A model generated the notes under the pieces. The model worked only from the letters and a program-made list of their open reading frames with translations, made no database searches and was not told the DNA's origin. From assembly GCA_965287045.1 (NCBI GenBank), contig OZ336872.1, forward strand, positions 42,036,001 through 42,100,000: a stretch of DNA of 64,000 nt, read 5' to 3'. Below are positions 49,811 to 63,780 of this stretch, one piece after another (position 1 is the stretch's first letter; each line of letters begins with the position of its first letter). The stretch is from Carcharhinus amblyrhynchos. Taxonomy: Eukaryota. Both the position numbers and the translations under genes were made by a program.

Positions 49811-52800
49811 TTCACATCAAACATGCTGCTATTAAAAACATTCAAACTGGAAAAAAAAGCATTAGCAGAAATTTATCTAGACTACACAGAACAGGAGTAT
49901 GGAATTAAATGTAAAAATGTCAGAAAAGCTGTGCAGAATTAATCTATGTTGAGCGCAATGTGTACGCACTAAATTTTAATCAGCTTAAACACTCATGGGT
50001 ATTCAAGACATGCATTGTAAAAGGCAGTATCTGACCTCTGAGGTAAAATATGTAAAAGATCAGTTTTAATATTACATTATTTTATCTCTTCTGCCATATT
50101 ATATTTTCAATGCTCCTACTAGCAATATTCAATGTGTACTATTTTCCTATTCTCTATTCTTATTTCAACAGCTGTTGTGATCAAGCAACAGCTTTATTCA
50201 GTCAACAGTAATATGCAGTAAAAATCACCCACCAGTGCCCAGTGACATTCTGCTATGCTTGATAGAACTGATATGAATAACTTTACAATGTTTTTTCCTC
50301 CTCTACAACCAAAATAATGATTATCATAAAATAAATTATTGTGCTTGGTTTTTTGGGGGGAGAAAAAACAAATTGTACAATTTAATATCATTTGCTTTGC
50401 TCTCCTGTTGCTTTGTAGATAGCAACCAGCCACGTTTATTATTTAGTTTTACAGGTTTTGAACTGCACGATTCCATTTGCTGTACAAATGATGCAGAAAT
50501 GTTATTCCCTCCCCCTCCTTGCTTTTAATAATACTGGTGGATAAATATCTTCGTAGCACAATATGGATGTTGGTCTTTACCAGCAGTGTCCATAAAAACG
50601 TTTTCCTCCCAGACACTCAAGGGTTTTACTCTGAATGATTTAATTATAATTTTCCTTGCGTAAGGCAAATTAAAGAGGAGAGTAGGAGCGTTGTGCCAAA
50701 TCAGATTATTTATCTCCTTAACAGATTGCTGCAACTCCAAAGCCCAGAGCCCATGCTGATGGATGCAGGGTGGAATATGGGGCAGAAACTTGTATGTTTT
50801 TTGATTCAGTCCACAACTTTTTTCTAAACCAACGTTTCCTCGAAGATTACATTTCTAAGAGTCTGAGGAAAGTCGCCCCTTTCATTACAATCTATGTAGA
50901 AACTGGTTATTTAATAAATAAATTTGAACTTCCAGTTAAAGCTGAAAGGATGACACAAGATTTCATGTTTTAAGACATAAATAATAACAAACAGTCTAAA
51001 AGTATTACTGATTAAACATTATTTTTGCAGACAACTTGTGTTTTACACCATAAAACAGGACACTTCATTTTTTTCTTACAGTACTACCAAAAACACACTT
51101 CACAGATATACTTTACACTGTCCTTTAGGTGGATATTCAAGTCTTGCTGAACCCTCAGTCCAACGTTATACTTATCTCACGATTCTTACTTCTGTTCTTT
51201 TGCTTTCTTAGCCTGGTAACTTTTAATCTCACAACTGTCTTTCATAGTGAGGCTTTTACCCCAGTGATTCTTCCTCTAGTCCAATCTTCCAGCCTTGTTT
51301 TAGCTCCTTATGAATTTGGTAGTTTTGAGTACGTGCTTTCAGCTGTATTCCTGTGTGGTGAACCATAGAGGCTTTCAACCTCTGGCTGCTCTCGCTCTCT
51401 CGGATCCTGGCAGACCAACTTGTTTATGAGTTTCCAGGGATATCTTAAGAAACCGTTCCCCTTTCAACCCCCATTTTCATGTCAACAAAAAGCACATGGG
51501 CTTGTATCCAGCTAGAAATGTTGATTCGCTATCCATTAGTCTCCAACTCTATTCTATGTTGGAATCAAATGGACAATTTATAACGTGACCATCTCACTAC
51601 CTTCCTGGAACTTGGGAAACCAGAAGTCTTACCATCGTAAATTCAAATGCTGGTACCATTGTCTTGAAGTGTGAATGCCTTACACCTTCTTCCAAGAAAA
51701 ACAAGCTGGACCTTCCTCTAATCTTTAACAGCCCACTCACCTTGGTCTCCTGTCAGGCAGATATCAGCACAGCTCACACAACCCCTTTTATTATACCTTA
51801 AATGAAAGATATAGCCCCTAATTTTATAAATTTCTTTACAATAACGTTTTTCACAGTGGCAAAACATGATCTACCCCACTGATAGGATGCTTGCCCCTGG
51901 ACTTGTCTTCATTTATAATGGAATTGAACACTATTCAGCTAAACATGGAAAGTTTCATGTGTCATGTGAAATCTGGTCAGGCACCACAATGCCTGACAAG
52001 ACTGCAACTAAAGCTCTAAGTGCAGTTGTGGGCACCCTTCCTCAGTTATTCTTGTGCTTTACTTATGGACATGGCTGTAATTCAATCACCCTGAGCAAAT
52101 GGATAGCATATACCTACCATGTACAAAATAAAAGGAAAAAAATCAAACTAACTGCACATTACCTCCTTTCTGACCTCAATTTATTGCAAGATTTAACCCC
52201 ATTTGTTCAAGTTAATCAATTGTGAATTTTGTGAAAAACTTTAGTTATGTTATTAAAGTAAGATTGATAGAAGGCTAAACATCATTTTTTTCCTGAGAAG
52301 AACTTAGGATCCAGTTGGAAGTGATCTATATTTCAGTTCAGTACTTGGCAAAATTAAGCAAAAAGATGAAGTATTTAAAGTCAATAAAATCTCGGTAACA
52401 TTGCTTTTGTCAGCAGTTCCAATATGAGAATAAATGTAAAACTGATACTTTGCTGTTGAAATAAAATCTTGTTCTGACCTAGGCACAGTAAATTGTAAAT
52501 TATTTCCATGCTTCTATCATGTAAAATGAACTACTGCCTCAAAATACAGACTTTTTTTGGTGCAGATGTGGAGTGCATTGGATCAGAATTTGTAAAGCCA
52601 GTCAGAATTACATCTATTCTAAAATGCACAGTAGATTCCAATAGAAGCAGCTACTAGCAAAAGATCCAGTTACCTCTGAAATGTGAGATGTTTGGAGGTG
52701 GTGTGTTAATGAGGGAAAAAGCTGCTGTCGCAGAAATTTTTTATTTACTTCAAGCTTTTCTCAAGCACCTAAGTCAAGATAGGCCAGATGTGAGCTTGGG

Positions 52801-53004
52801 CCACAAAGGTCAGGTTACCTACCAGATCAGGAAGAAAAGTCAAAGTTGCTATAGTCTCAGATGACCACAGGCTGTGACTGGTGGTGATTTAATCTGAGGA
52901 TCACCGCATCTCAAGGTTAAGAAGGTGGGCCTTCATGTGCACAGGTTTTGAATGCCCGTAACTTTATGAGAAACACTGCCTGTGATCTACTTGCTCTTCA
53001 CACT

Positions 53005-53185
53005 GGCGGGATCTACAGGTCTCTCTGACGACACATTCCCGCTGCGGGTTTCCTGGCAGCAGGGGGTGAATTCAATGGGAAATCCCACTGACAGCAGCAA
53101 GATCTTCTAGTCCCATCACCAGCCAATGGTGTGCCACCTTCTGGTGCCAAGAAACATGCTGCAGGGAGACCAGGGAATCCCGGCG
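53005..53185. mobile_element. Short MITE
   Basis: ggcgggatct...gggaatcccggc termini; interior similar to 2408-2615 in reverse. Confidence 0.5.
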
Positions 53186-53971
53186 ATTAACTTTGAATGA
53201 TGTCTGATGGATAAGGAGCTGTGGTGCTCAATTACAGTGTGGTAACATGAACCTGGTTGTCCTTACACTGGGCTTCTGAGTCCCAGGGCTTCCTGGCAGC
53301 TCCTGTGGCAGGTGCAAATATATTCTGCCATCAATATGAGCAGGATTTCAGAGGAGTTGGCTGGGGGGCGGGTGGGAGAACTGCTTCAATAGTTATCAGC
53401 AGCGAGATCAGAACAATGAAAGCAGATTCAAATTATGTCTCACTGCAAGTGGCCACCTATCAAGGGACGCAGATCATTGGGCGCACAGACTGTCACCTAG
53501 TTGCATTCATACATAACCAGTGAATCACCTACAATTGCTTCACTATGTGCACCCTGACATCAGGTGGACTTCAAGAATCTATCCTTGGCCCTCTATCTAC
53601 ATGCCATTCCTTGGCAGCATCACCTAAAATAAAACAACTGCATACCTACACTAATGGCACCCAGCTATAGCATACTACCACTGTCTTTAAATTCCCAAAA
53701 TCTTTATCCCAAATCTACTGATGGATAGGCAGGAGTTTCTTCCAATTAAACATTGGAAAGATTGAAGTCACTGACTTCACATGCCATCGGAAAATCTGCT
53801 CCAAGTTCACCGTGGAGCTCACTAACCAAAATTAGCTTCAGGTTAAGCAATATCTCAACTTTAAAATTTTCATGATTCTATTCCAGCCTGTTGCTACAAT
53901 TGCCTCAGCCCCACAAGTCTAAGAAATATCTGCACTCCTTCAGTTCTGGCTACTGTGGACCCCCAGTTTTA

Positions 53972-54516
53972 GGGGGCGATTCTCTCATCTCACCGAGTTA
54001 CTCTAGTATGGCAGACCTCAAGAATCATGTGTCAGATATCCGACACAGTTGGGACCACACTGGAAACTGGCGTGAACAGCAGATAAGTGATTTAAATCTT
54101 ATTTTACTGTTATTTAAATGTGATTATCGGGCCTGGGACTTAATAGCATTTCCCACCGTATCAATACAATTTCTCTCCAGCAGGGTTCAGACTAGCTCCC
54201 CACTTTCAGGGAACTAGCAGGACAACCCCACTGGCTGGGGCGGGGGGGCGGGGCAGGGCAGCGCAATCAGGGTACCTCAGGGGGTCAGGCAGTCTATGCC
54301 CCCAGTACTGCCCAAGGACTGCAGGGAAGCCAGTGATTGGGGCGGGCTGGGGTGGGAGTCTGCTTCCCGAACCTTTAATTATATTCACGATTGTGGCCTC
54401 AGCAGTGCACAGAATGTGGGAGATTCGAGTGTGATTTCCCACTGAAAAAACAATCATGGTTCACATCAGTTTTCCCATGAATTCAGCACTTAGAACGTTT
54501 TTGAGAGAATCGACCC
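53972..54516. mobile_element. MITE inserted into an L2 3' fragment
   Basis: TIRs ggggcgattctctc / gagagaatcgacccc; L2-like sequence on both sides. Confidence 0.7.
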
Positions 54517-56774
54517 CCCCCCCCACCCCCCAATTGTTCTACCACTAGTAGCTGTACCATTAGCAGTCAAGATCTAAAGCAACGGGCCTACATTTTTCAG
54601 ATAGTGGAATCTCATTTCCTGCCATCTTGATGGTCTGGTTGCTCCTCAACCATTTCACATTGGAATGAACATCAATTGGCTGCAGGCAGGACTTCCACCC
54701 CTCAGCAGTGAGAAAGTCCTGCCTTACAGAGCTGCAAGCCAATCAGATTGGCCAGCAGCGGCAGCTCTCCAGTTCCTGCAGCGAAGAGAGCTGCAGTGAA
54801 CTGCAGAGAAAGTCTATCTACATGCCTGAGCCAAATCCTGGAATCAGAACACAAGGTAAGCTTAAGGGGTCCCAGGGTGGGAAGCTGGGAAGGTCTAGTT
54901 GGGGGGAAGAAGGGGAGGTGCAGAGGGTGATTAGGCTGCTAATGGTGTAGCCATTAATGGTGGAACAATTGGAGGGGCGGGGGGGTGCAATTCTCCCAAA
55001 AGCATTCTAAGTGCTAAATTCACAGGAAAACTGATATGAATCACAATTGTTTTTTCAGTGGGAAATGGTTACGGAGCAACCAGACCATTCAGATGGCAGG
55101 AAAGGAGATCCAGCATCTGAAAATGCAGGCCCATAGCTTTAGACCTTGCGGAGTATTTGGGAGGTATGGAGGTTTCTTGCACCTTGGGATGCTTTGTTAT
55201 GTGAAAGGGACTTAAAAGTTGCTGAGACAGTAAGTTTGGGAAGCAGTAGAGTATCCACTCACCATTGTCCAATTCACACCTTTGACTCTTCTGTCACTCT
55301 GAGGATAACAAATTAACCAACAGCAACCTGACTGACGGCATCAAGCTGAGTCTACCAAGCCTGTCTCCTCAGTGCACTCCTCTTCTGTGGTGGGATCTGG
55401 ACAACATATGGTACACAGGAGAATTTCCACGTTTGCTGTCTCAGGTATATCCTCGACATCTTATGTAGGATTAGGTCACTAACACAGAGGTGGTGGAGCA
55501 TGTTAATGCCATCAGCACACATTCATTGCTAAGCCAACAAATTCTGTGCTGGCTCAGACACTTCCATTGGATAGGTAACAGCCATATACCAAAAGACCTT
55601 CTGTGCAGTGAATTGATCGCATAACTTCTTGGGTGCCTGTACCTCCTCTATGTTATAATGTGCTGCTCATTCATTGAGTAAAGGAGGAGTCAGCAGCCAA
55701 TCATTCCTTAGGTTTACTGACAAAAGGCACAGTCTCACTTTTACTGCCCCTTCCATGTCCCCAACCCCTGTGGAAACAGGTTCTTAGATAAACTTAACAA
55801 AAATGCCCTAACTTTTCTCCAATTAATAACAGCTGCTCTCACTTGCAACCAGGACATGAACTTTATTGAGATAGGATTGCAACTTTCAAGGAGATCTGCA
55901 AGTGAGATATGACACTAACAATCGGGAGATAGTGAGGGCCATTGCCTCCGGAAAGTGGTTGTCTGGAAAGACATTGGAAGAACCAAACAGAAACAAAAAG
56001 CTCAACTGGCTGAGAAGAGGACCAAGAGAGGGCAGCAAATCATGCACATTTTCAGCCCACTGTCAGCCTCTGCAATTAACACCTCAGAGTCAGAATGATG
56101 TTCCCCTAGCTACATCAGGGAATGTTTAACATAGCGTTGACCACCCCAGGCAAACTATGGTCTTAGAAGATGGAATTAAGCCCATCATCTAATGAATGAA
56201 GGCATCCAATATGTACAAAATGACTGCAAAGATGGGTCAGGGAACATATTGGGTTTACTTCATTTGCCCCAGTGAGGTGGTCAATTTCTTGTCCCAAACA
56301 CTCCATCACGTTTTTAGGAAATCTCCAGCCATAAAGGGGCCATTTCTACTTCACACTTCCAGTATGAGGACGTTTGTGTCAGCATTGTGAAGACTTTTTC
56401 AAATTGATTGTTATTTTATATTTCCCAAGTTGTGATTGCCCCTTTATGTAGTTGCAGCTTTTATGTGTTCCTGCCACCCTTGGTTTTAGTCTAGCTCCCA
56501 GGGAGTGTTCCAGCCTCCTTCCCCTTCTTGCTGTTGTCACCCTTCTCCTCTATCTCTACACTTATTTTCTCTGCCCTGTCTATAAAACCTTGTATAATCT
56601 GGGAACTTACCCTACACTATTTCCTCAATCTTTCCAGTATATGTGAGACTGTGTTTTTAAAGAAAATTTTCATTTTCTAAACACACGAATAAGGCAGGAA
56701 GTATTTTTTCACCTAAGATCTTTGAAGGTTCTTAATAATGTCTTTCACATGATAAACTAATATCTAATCTATCC

Positions 56775-57045
56775 CCATAGGTGGCCATGAAAGATCTGCT
56801 AGAACAATTTGAAGAACAGCAGAATGTTCTCTCTGCAATCATGGCCAACATTCTTCTCTGAAGTACCATCACTAAAAATCGATCACCTAGTTATTCAATC
56901 GTTTGCTGTTTGTCGGATATTACAGTGCACAAATGTTTGCCTGCAAGACAACAGTCACTGCACTTCAAAGGTGATACATTGGCTGTAATGTGCTTGGGGA
57001 TATTATGAACGAGTGATATAATGCTACACAAATGCAGTTACATTC
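56775..57045 (+). mobile_element. Deu-domain SINE, 3' part
   Basis: aggtggccatgaaagatc...tttgaagaacagcag...tggccaacatt, tail gctacacaaatgcag. Confidence 0.55.
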
Positions 57046-57569
57046 ATTTGTTTTCCGTGTAATACAGGCTCTCTCAATTTTAAGTACACAAACCTACTGA
57101 GCTGGAGGCAAGAGGTAAGGGAACATATGTTGCTATGTGATTTAACGGGATTCTGAATATTTGTAATGAAAAATAAGTTACCAAGCATCACTACATAATT
57201 CAGATATACTCTTCAAAACATGACATTAGTGGAAGTCGTATTGTGGTAGGTGATGGTAGTGGTCATTATATTGATATGCCATTCTCTTTAGGAAACAGAC
57301 AGCAACAAAACTATGCATTCTTTGTCCTAGAACATTGTGCTGAATCCCATTAACACTGCATGGCTACTTACCCACACAATTCTTCTGAGGTCTCATTTTT
57401 TTCATATAAAAAAGAAATACTAGCAGGATAATCAGGCATCATTACACATAATAGATTATGATGAATGAATGGAGATACCACCAGCCTGACAAGTGAGGGC
57501 TATAAAAGGACTTATAAGATAAAACAAATTAGTTGGATCAGTGGCGGATAATGTCTTATTAACGCCTAC

Positions 57570-57765
57570 CATTCCCTTTTTGGAGTGTGACCCGTAGACT
57601 GCCCGTTCATCAGGGTTACTGGTAGTGAGGTCTTAGGTGGTGGAGCGGGAGAGCAAATTGAACTAGTAGAAAGGTCTAGGCTGCCATTTTTGGTTACACT
57701 TTCTTCCATCGTGTGAGCTCCAGTCACTTCTTTCCACAGCTGCTGCAGTTCTGTTGGAGTCATGC
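57570..57765 (-). CDS. FOXP1: FOXP1 coding exon (196 nt, phase 1 to 2)
   Basis: acacag|GCATGACT...GAATG|gtaggc. Translates (G)[64 protein letters not shown](C). [10 protein letters not shown] and HTPKRE are FOXP1-like. Confidence 0.96.
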
Positions 57766-59744
57766 CTGTGTCAAACAGCAATAGTTCCATATTGTATAAT
57801 TAGATCCATGAACAGCAGACTTATCCTTCTTCACACACTAATTAAAATACCAAAGTGTATGTAAACAAGGTCTGATGTTAATTAGACAATTCCTAACTAT
57901 ATTCCTATGTGTTGCAATACTTCTAACAAGACACAGTGTAACCCGCTGTATGTTCAGCTAGTGTTGATAATTAAAAGTAAATTCTTCAAGTGTATGCAAT
58001 AATTGATCTGTTCAAATTGCAACATAACCAGACTGCTCTGCACATCACTCTCCTTTTAAAATCAAAGCACTTAGTTATTATCGCAGATATTTTGCAATAT
58101 ATTAATGGAAAATGCATTCCTCTTTAAATATAAAACGCATAATTGAAAATAATGTGCTGTAAATGTAACCAATTCATTTGCACCATATTCAAAGGCCTTT
58201 TATAATTTTACTACAAAATTAGAATATTATGTCAGTAATTATTTTTTAATCACCTGTCTTTATCATTAAAATTTGACTTCATTCAAAAACCAATGTGCAA
58301 ATTTGAAAGCAGAAAGCAAAAAAAAACCTGTGGTTCTAACTATATTTTAATTACAAATCACAATTAAATATTCAAGCACTTCAGATCAGGAAGAATACCA
58401 GGTCAAAATCTAATTTATTACTTTCATTTTGGGTGCAAGGATTGGATAATAATCTCAAAGTGATCAGCCAAAATATCTTTACTTTACTAAACTACTGCTA
58501 AAGATTTTAATTACGGTAGCATTGGAGAGTGTAGGTCTAATAAGGCAATAGACTCCAGAGAGTCTAAGTGGTTAAGAAGTGTGAAATGAGACTGATAGGA
58601 TTTTTACATGTTCTGGGCAGATAGTTTGCATATCAAAGAATAGTGAATTATCGCAGGACAGTAGAACAACCTTCCAAGCATTAGCCTAGCAATAACAACT
58701 AGCACATCAACCAGGAAGGTCACAACACAGATTGCCCTAGTCCTTCGCACTGTCCTTTCTATTTCAAACATGATACTAGAAATATTAATTTTTTAAGCAA
58801 ATATGCTGAACAATACTGCTTGTGTGGTAACAATTACTGCCATAGCTAACCGCAAAACCACTATTTGCATGGTTAAAACAGAGCTAAATAGTTAGGCTAG
58901 CTGATTACATGACATTCTACTACGAGAAAGTAGATTGTGACATGTGCTATCTTTAATGGGATTACCTTGAAAAGGATGCACCATGATGGATTTTATTCTA
59001 TATTTATTTCATTTAGTTTTAAACACATACACTGCTGTTCCTCATTATAAAAGAAATGGACACTACTTTGAAAAATGTATGTTGTTGGAAAACATGATTG
59101 ATTACTGCTCATAGAACTCAATTTCCCAATCCCAGGTAGTACTGGATGAAAGACAAACATAGTTGCTCAACCTTTTTCGTCCTTGTACCTCTATACTCAG
59201 GTGACCATGTTCAAGCAAGCATAAAGTTGATTTAAGGTTCATAATGACATCAGTTTTGGGCTATTATCGCAGTGATAAAAAATTACTTTGTATTTCTGCC
59301 TGCACAAACTCTCAGTTGCTTTCCAAAGAATCTCAGTTCCACAGGGAGAAGTGTCACTGCTATTAGTTTACTGCACCAGTAGAACTGTAACTCTGAAGCC
59401 ACTCAGTAGGTTCTTTGGTCAATAGCTTGCAGATAGACACCCTTAGGCTTTAAACATGCTCCTTAAACACCAAAGGAACAGACTTGCTGTAACATACAAC
59501 TATTCAAATCAATCAATGACATGGCTGTTGAATTACCTAAGGGTGTCCCTGATGTGTTGCTGCACAGATTACACTTCATGCATCGTCTCATTCATAGCTT
59601 TCATATTATACGCTGGTGTGTCCTGTCACTGCTCAATTGCCCTCTCCTGAACAACTTAACTGCTGTGGCTTTGCCGCTCCCATTTGAGCAGTCCGACCTA
59701 GAGGCCTGTTTTTAAACAGACCCATTTCCGGGCCTCACGCTTAC

Positions 59745-59901
59745 CTTGTGCCAGTGTTTGCAGTGAGAGAGCCGGCTGTCCGGACTGGACTGTGAGCAAG
59801 CCACAACGCTGCATAGTCATGATGTGCTGTTGTTGAAGCTGCTGCACCTGGAGAAGCTGCTGCTGAAGGGCTAAGTGGTGTGCTGCTAGTGGCTGTTGTT
59901 G
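59745..59901 (-). CDS. FOXP1: FOXP1 coding exon, end of glutamine-rich region (157 nt, phase 0 to 1)
   Basis: Minus strand ttatttcag|CAACAACAG...GCACAAG|gtaagc. Translates [52 protein letters not shown](G), matching recalled FOXP1 ...[41 protein letters not shown]. Confidence 0.95.
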
Positions 59902-60130
59902 CTGAAATAAAACAGCAAAGATTCTGGATTAGAGAGGAGATTCACATCACATTACAGTCTGGATAATTCAATTTTAAGAACCATTGTATTTTATAGGAAA
60001 TAAAATAATTTTGTCTTGGAAACATGGCTGCCCTTCTATATAAAGTTGACCTAATCTTTCCCATCTGATTCCAAGTGTGTTCACAAAGATATAATGATCA
60101 TTGCTGTGGATAAAATATATCCTATTGGAG

Positions 60131-60357
60131 AAGCAAAAACAGAAAATGCTGGAAAATCTCAGCAGGTCTGACAGCATCTGTAGAGATAGAATAGGGCCAA
60201 TGCTTCGAGTCAGGATAACCCTTCATCACAGCTCTGACAAGAGGTCTTCCTGACTCAGAACATAAGCTCTATTCTCTCTCCAAAGATGCTGTCAGACCTG
60301 CTGAGTTTCTCTGCATTTTCTGTTTTTGTTTCAGATTCCAGCATCCGCAGTATTTTG
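60131..60357. mobile_element. Second family of Penelope-like fold-back element
   Basis: About 100-bp inverted arms centred on agct at 60230-60233, plus a 26-nt tail cagattccagcatccgcagtattttg; degenerate TGATGAAGGG...CGAA core. Confidence 0.7.
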
Positions 60358-60504
60358 TCCGGATTCCATTGCAGGAGGTTGTCTGAGCTGAAAGTGACAA
60401 TGACCACTGAAGAGTATCACAACATTTACCGTAATAACACTCCTGAATATTGTTAAATAAATCAAAATGTATACTATTATTTTTAACCTATTTATGATGC
60501 ATAT

Positions 60505-61225
60505 AAATGACATTCACTAAACTCTTCCTAACAAGAGAGTCTAACCATCTCCCTAAGACACTCACAGGCATTACCATTGCTGAGTACACCACTACTAACA
60601 TTTGGGGGTTATCGTTGATCAGAAACTAAATGGCACCAGCTATACAGATGTTGTAACTACAAGAGCATGACAAAGGCTAGGAATTCAGTGGCATTCCAAA
60701 GCCTGTCCACCTATAAGGCATAGGTTTTGTGATGGAATATTCTTCACTTGTCTGGATGAGTACAGCTTGAATAGCATTCAAGAAGCTTGACACCATTCAG
60801 GACAAGAAAGCCTGTTTAATTGGCAGCCTATCTACCAACTTAAACACTCACTGCCTTCACCACCAATGCATGTGGCAGCAATGTGCACCACCAAAAAGAC
60901 GCACTGCAGCAAGTCACCAAGCATTTTTCTAACCTGTGACTTCTACCACCTAGAACAAGGGAAGCAGATATTGTTGCACCACGTGCAAGTTCCTCTCCAA
61001 GCCACAGACCATCCTGAATTGGAACTTTATCGCCATTCCATCACTGTCATGGGTCAAAACCCTGGTGCTCCCTCCCCAATAGCACTGTTGGTATACCTAC
61101 AACTTATGGGCTGCAGCAGTTCAAGACGGTGGCTCATCATCATCTTCTCGAAGGCAATTAGGGATGGACAATAAATGTTAGCCTAGCCAGCAATGCCCAC
61201 AATCCGTGATCGAATTGAAAATAAT
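60505..61225 (+). mobile_element. CR1/L2-group LINE 3' fragment, same family as 23805-25495
   Basis: caagagagtctaaccatctccc...ggaatattcttcacttgtctggatg...aaatgttagcctagccagcaatgcccaca. Confidence 0.85.
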
Positions 61226-63479
61226 TAAAACTAGTGACTATTTTTTATCAACATGAATGACTCATATGCAAGCCAGAATTCCTGTTGACAATGGCCCTTT
61301 AAGTAAATGGCAAAGTCAAAGACTTGAGTAAGAAAAAGTTAATTTAATGTTGTTAATCAGCCATGACAAAACATGAAATAACTTACTAAATCATTCATAG
61401 AAACAGCCTCTGGATTTTAATTACAGGCATTTATAATTTAGCAAACAGCATCTGACTTGAATATTGGTATCCCAATACGTCATTCAGTTTCACAAAGCCC
61501 TTGTATTGATTGGTCATACAGTAATGTACTAACATTTATTAATTTTATTTTTAAAGTCTATTTCTCCATTCCCCCCTTCCACCACCATTAATTGATTTAA
61601 GCTATGCAACTGATTAAAAAAAATCAATATGTACACTGGTTAACTAATCTATACAGTTTTTCCATTTTACTTAAAGACACATGCCACAGTTTTAATGTTA
61701 CAACAAAATGCAAAGTGCATTTAATGGTATTATGTTTTGTTGCATTATTTTCCACATCTACTCACTTTATTATAATACTATAATACCATAATATGAATAC
61801 ACGTTGAAGTGCTATGTGGCATGGTGGAAATTATACAAAAAAAATCCTGTCCAAAGTCAGTCAGAAATGTGAAAAGCCAAATGAATGAAGACTAAATATT
61901 ACAAATTACAGAGCATAAATAATTATTTCCTTATGTTAAAGCATAAATGAAAAATGCAACAAATATCCTTGAAACTGGAATTTTGAGAAATTTTGTATTT
62001 GCATTGAAAACTCATGTTTCTTGCTTGGCATTGATGTGGACAATCAGAGGATAAGCTGTTCCATGAAGGTAAGCATTATAATGCTTGATTCACCCACTCA
62101 CACCTGCAATTTTTTACTCCCTGCCCGATTTTGTTTTATTTATGCTTCAGTATGATTATAATGTCTAATTAATAGTAAATTCGAGCCAGATGTAAACATG
62201 ATGAAAAAGTTTGCATTGTGTGCAAGTGAGAGGGTGGAGCTAAATTATCAAAAGCCCTGGAATCATTTGCCAAAATGACTGGAAGTTGAAGTGGAGAGGG
62301 TGTAGTAGGATCATTCTGGACAGACCAGCTCTGATTAGCCACATGGTTCTCCTCATTCAAATTAATCTTATGATCATCTTTATGTATTTCTGCACATCAA
62401 AATACTTGACTGATTCAAACCATTAAATTCAGCTATTTCAAATAGCTCAAAGTGCTGCTGGCCTAATGTTGTAGCTTAGAAGTGTACTTTGATTTAATTT
62501 TAATTCTTAATGCTATATTTTGCATGTATTTACACCTAAACGTAATCAGTGCTATTTTACAGAAAGTAATGGCTTCTAACTTAAAAATGAAAACCAAGAA
62601 TTGGTAGCTTGCCATCAAAATCAATCATTTTCATTCTTCTCTACATGATTTAATTTTCAAGCTCAGTACTCTAATTGGAAGGCATTATGCAGTTTTGTGC
62701 CTCATATAAATAGCTAAGTAGTAAGCCTCCATTAAAGATTCTGGATTACACTGAACATCTACTGGAAAATGCTCTCTCTGTCATCCGTCTAGTTGGTCTT
62801 TGTAGAGAAAAGGATAGATGTGCCTAACTTCAGGGGACATTAATGAGGAGATTATTTGATGTAAATAGCATGGTTTACTTGAATCGAAACCATATTTTCT
62901 CAGCAAGTGAAAAAACTTCTCTCTGCCCTGAGATAGCAATCATTGAACATAAGATTGCTCAGCCATTCCAGGTCACGAGAGGTAGGTATATCAAGGCTTG
63001 ACATGTACCTGTTCCTCTATTAATTGGAACAATCAATAACACATTCGTTCTGCAATCATCGGTTAGTTGTGCATGGTTCTAATACTGTCTCTGGTAAAGA
63101 CAATATTCTGGTAAAAGCAACATGCATTTTAGATTAGCAGAAGGGGGTGGGGGGTGGATGAGAGATTGTACCTCTTGAGGTAGATTGAAGTTTGGAGGCA
63201 GCACTGATCTAATATTGGAGAATTAATCAACCTTTGGCATTTGAGAGATAGGGAGGATTTGAGAGTACATTTTGGCTGTGCAATAGTATAAAATAGTCTG
63301 TAGTCCAGATAGAACTTATTCTGCATTTCTCCCGAAATGGAAATGTAAGCTGGGAGAGATGGAAAATGGCCAAGATTCACGATAATCTTTTTACAATATC
63401 GTACAAAGTCTACCCTATTTACATCACAACCTTATTACTTGTCTAGCCGACACCAATACTAATTTTAAAACAGAAAATT

Positions 63480-63780
63480 CAAAATCAGAAAGAGTTAGCA
63501 GCTTAAAAGAACAATATTCAGCATTGAGAAAAAAATCCCCTGGGCTGGTTTTGCTCACTTAAGGAGCTTGGAAAGAAATTTCCCAAGTATGTTTTTCCTT
63601 ATTGGTCCTGGGGTCTTTTTTTTTACTCTCCCGGAGCTCCGGGATTGGCTCTGGTGGTGTGTGGAAAGAGGGAGAAAATAAATGATTACCCCGCTGTTCC
63701 AGCCAAGCTCAATTTGGAGCAGGCTTAATAGACTAGCTGATCTTTTGCTGCCTGTCAATTTTGTAGCTTCATAACAACCT
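63480..63780 (-). promoter_or_regulatory. Candidate internal promoter or alternative first exon, or enhancer
   Basis: Non-repetitive; CCAAT on the minus strand at 63601-63605 and 63644-63648; kB-like GGGAAATTTC at 63575-63584; donor-like AA|gtgagc at 63559/63558. Confidence 0.25.

Noticed and set aside
51000-51850. Possible LTR-retroelement fragment
   Set aside because: Composition suggestive but no second LTR, PBS or recognisable ORF.
55070-56200. Possible further Harbinger-like remnant
   Set aside because: No clear motif translated; boundaries cannot be supported.
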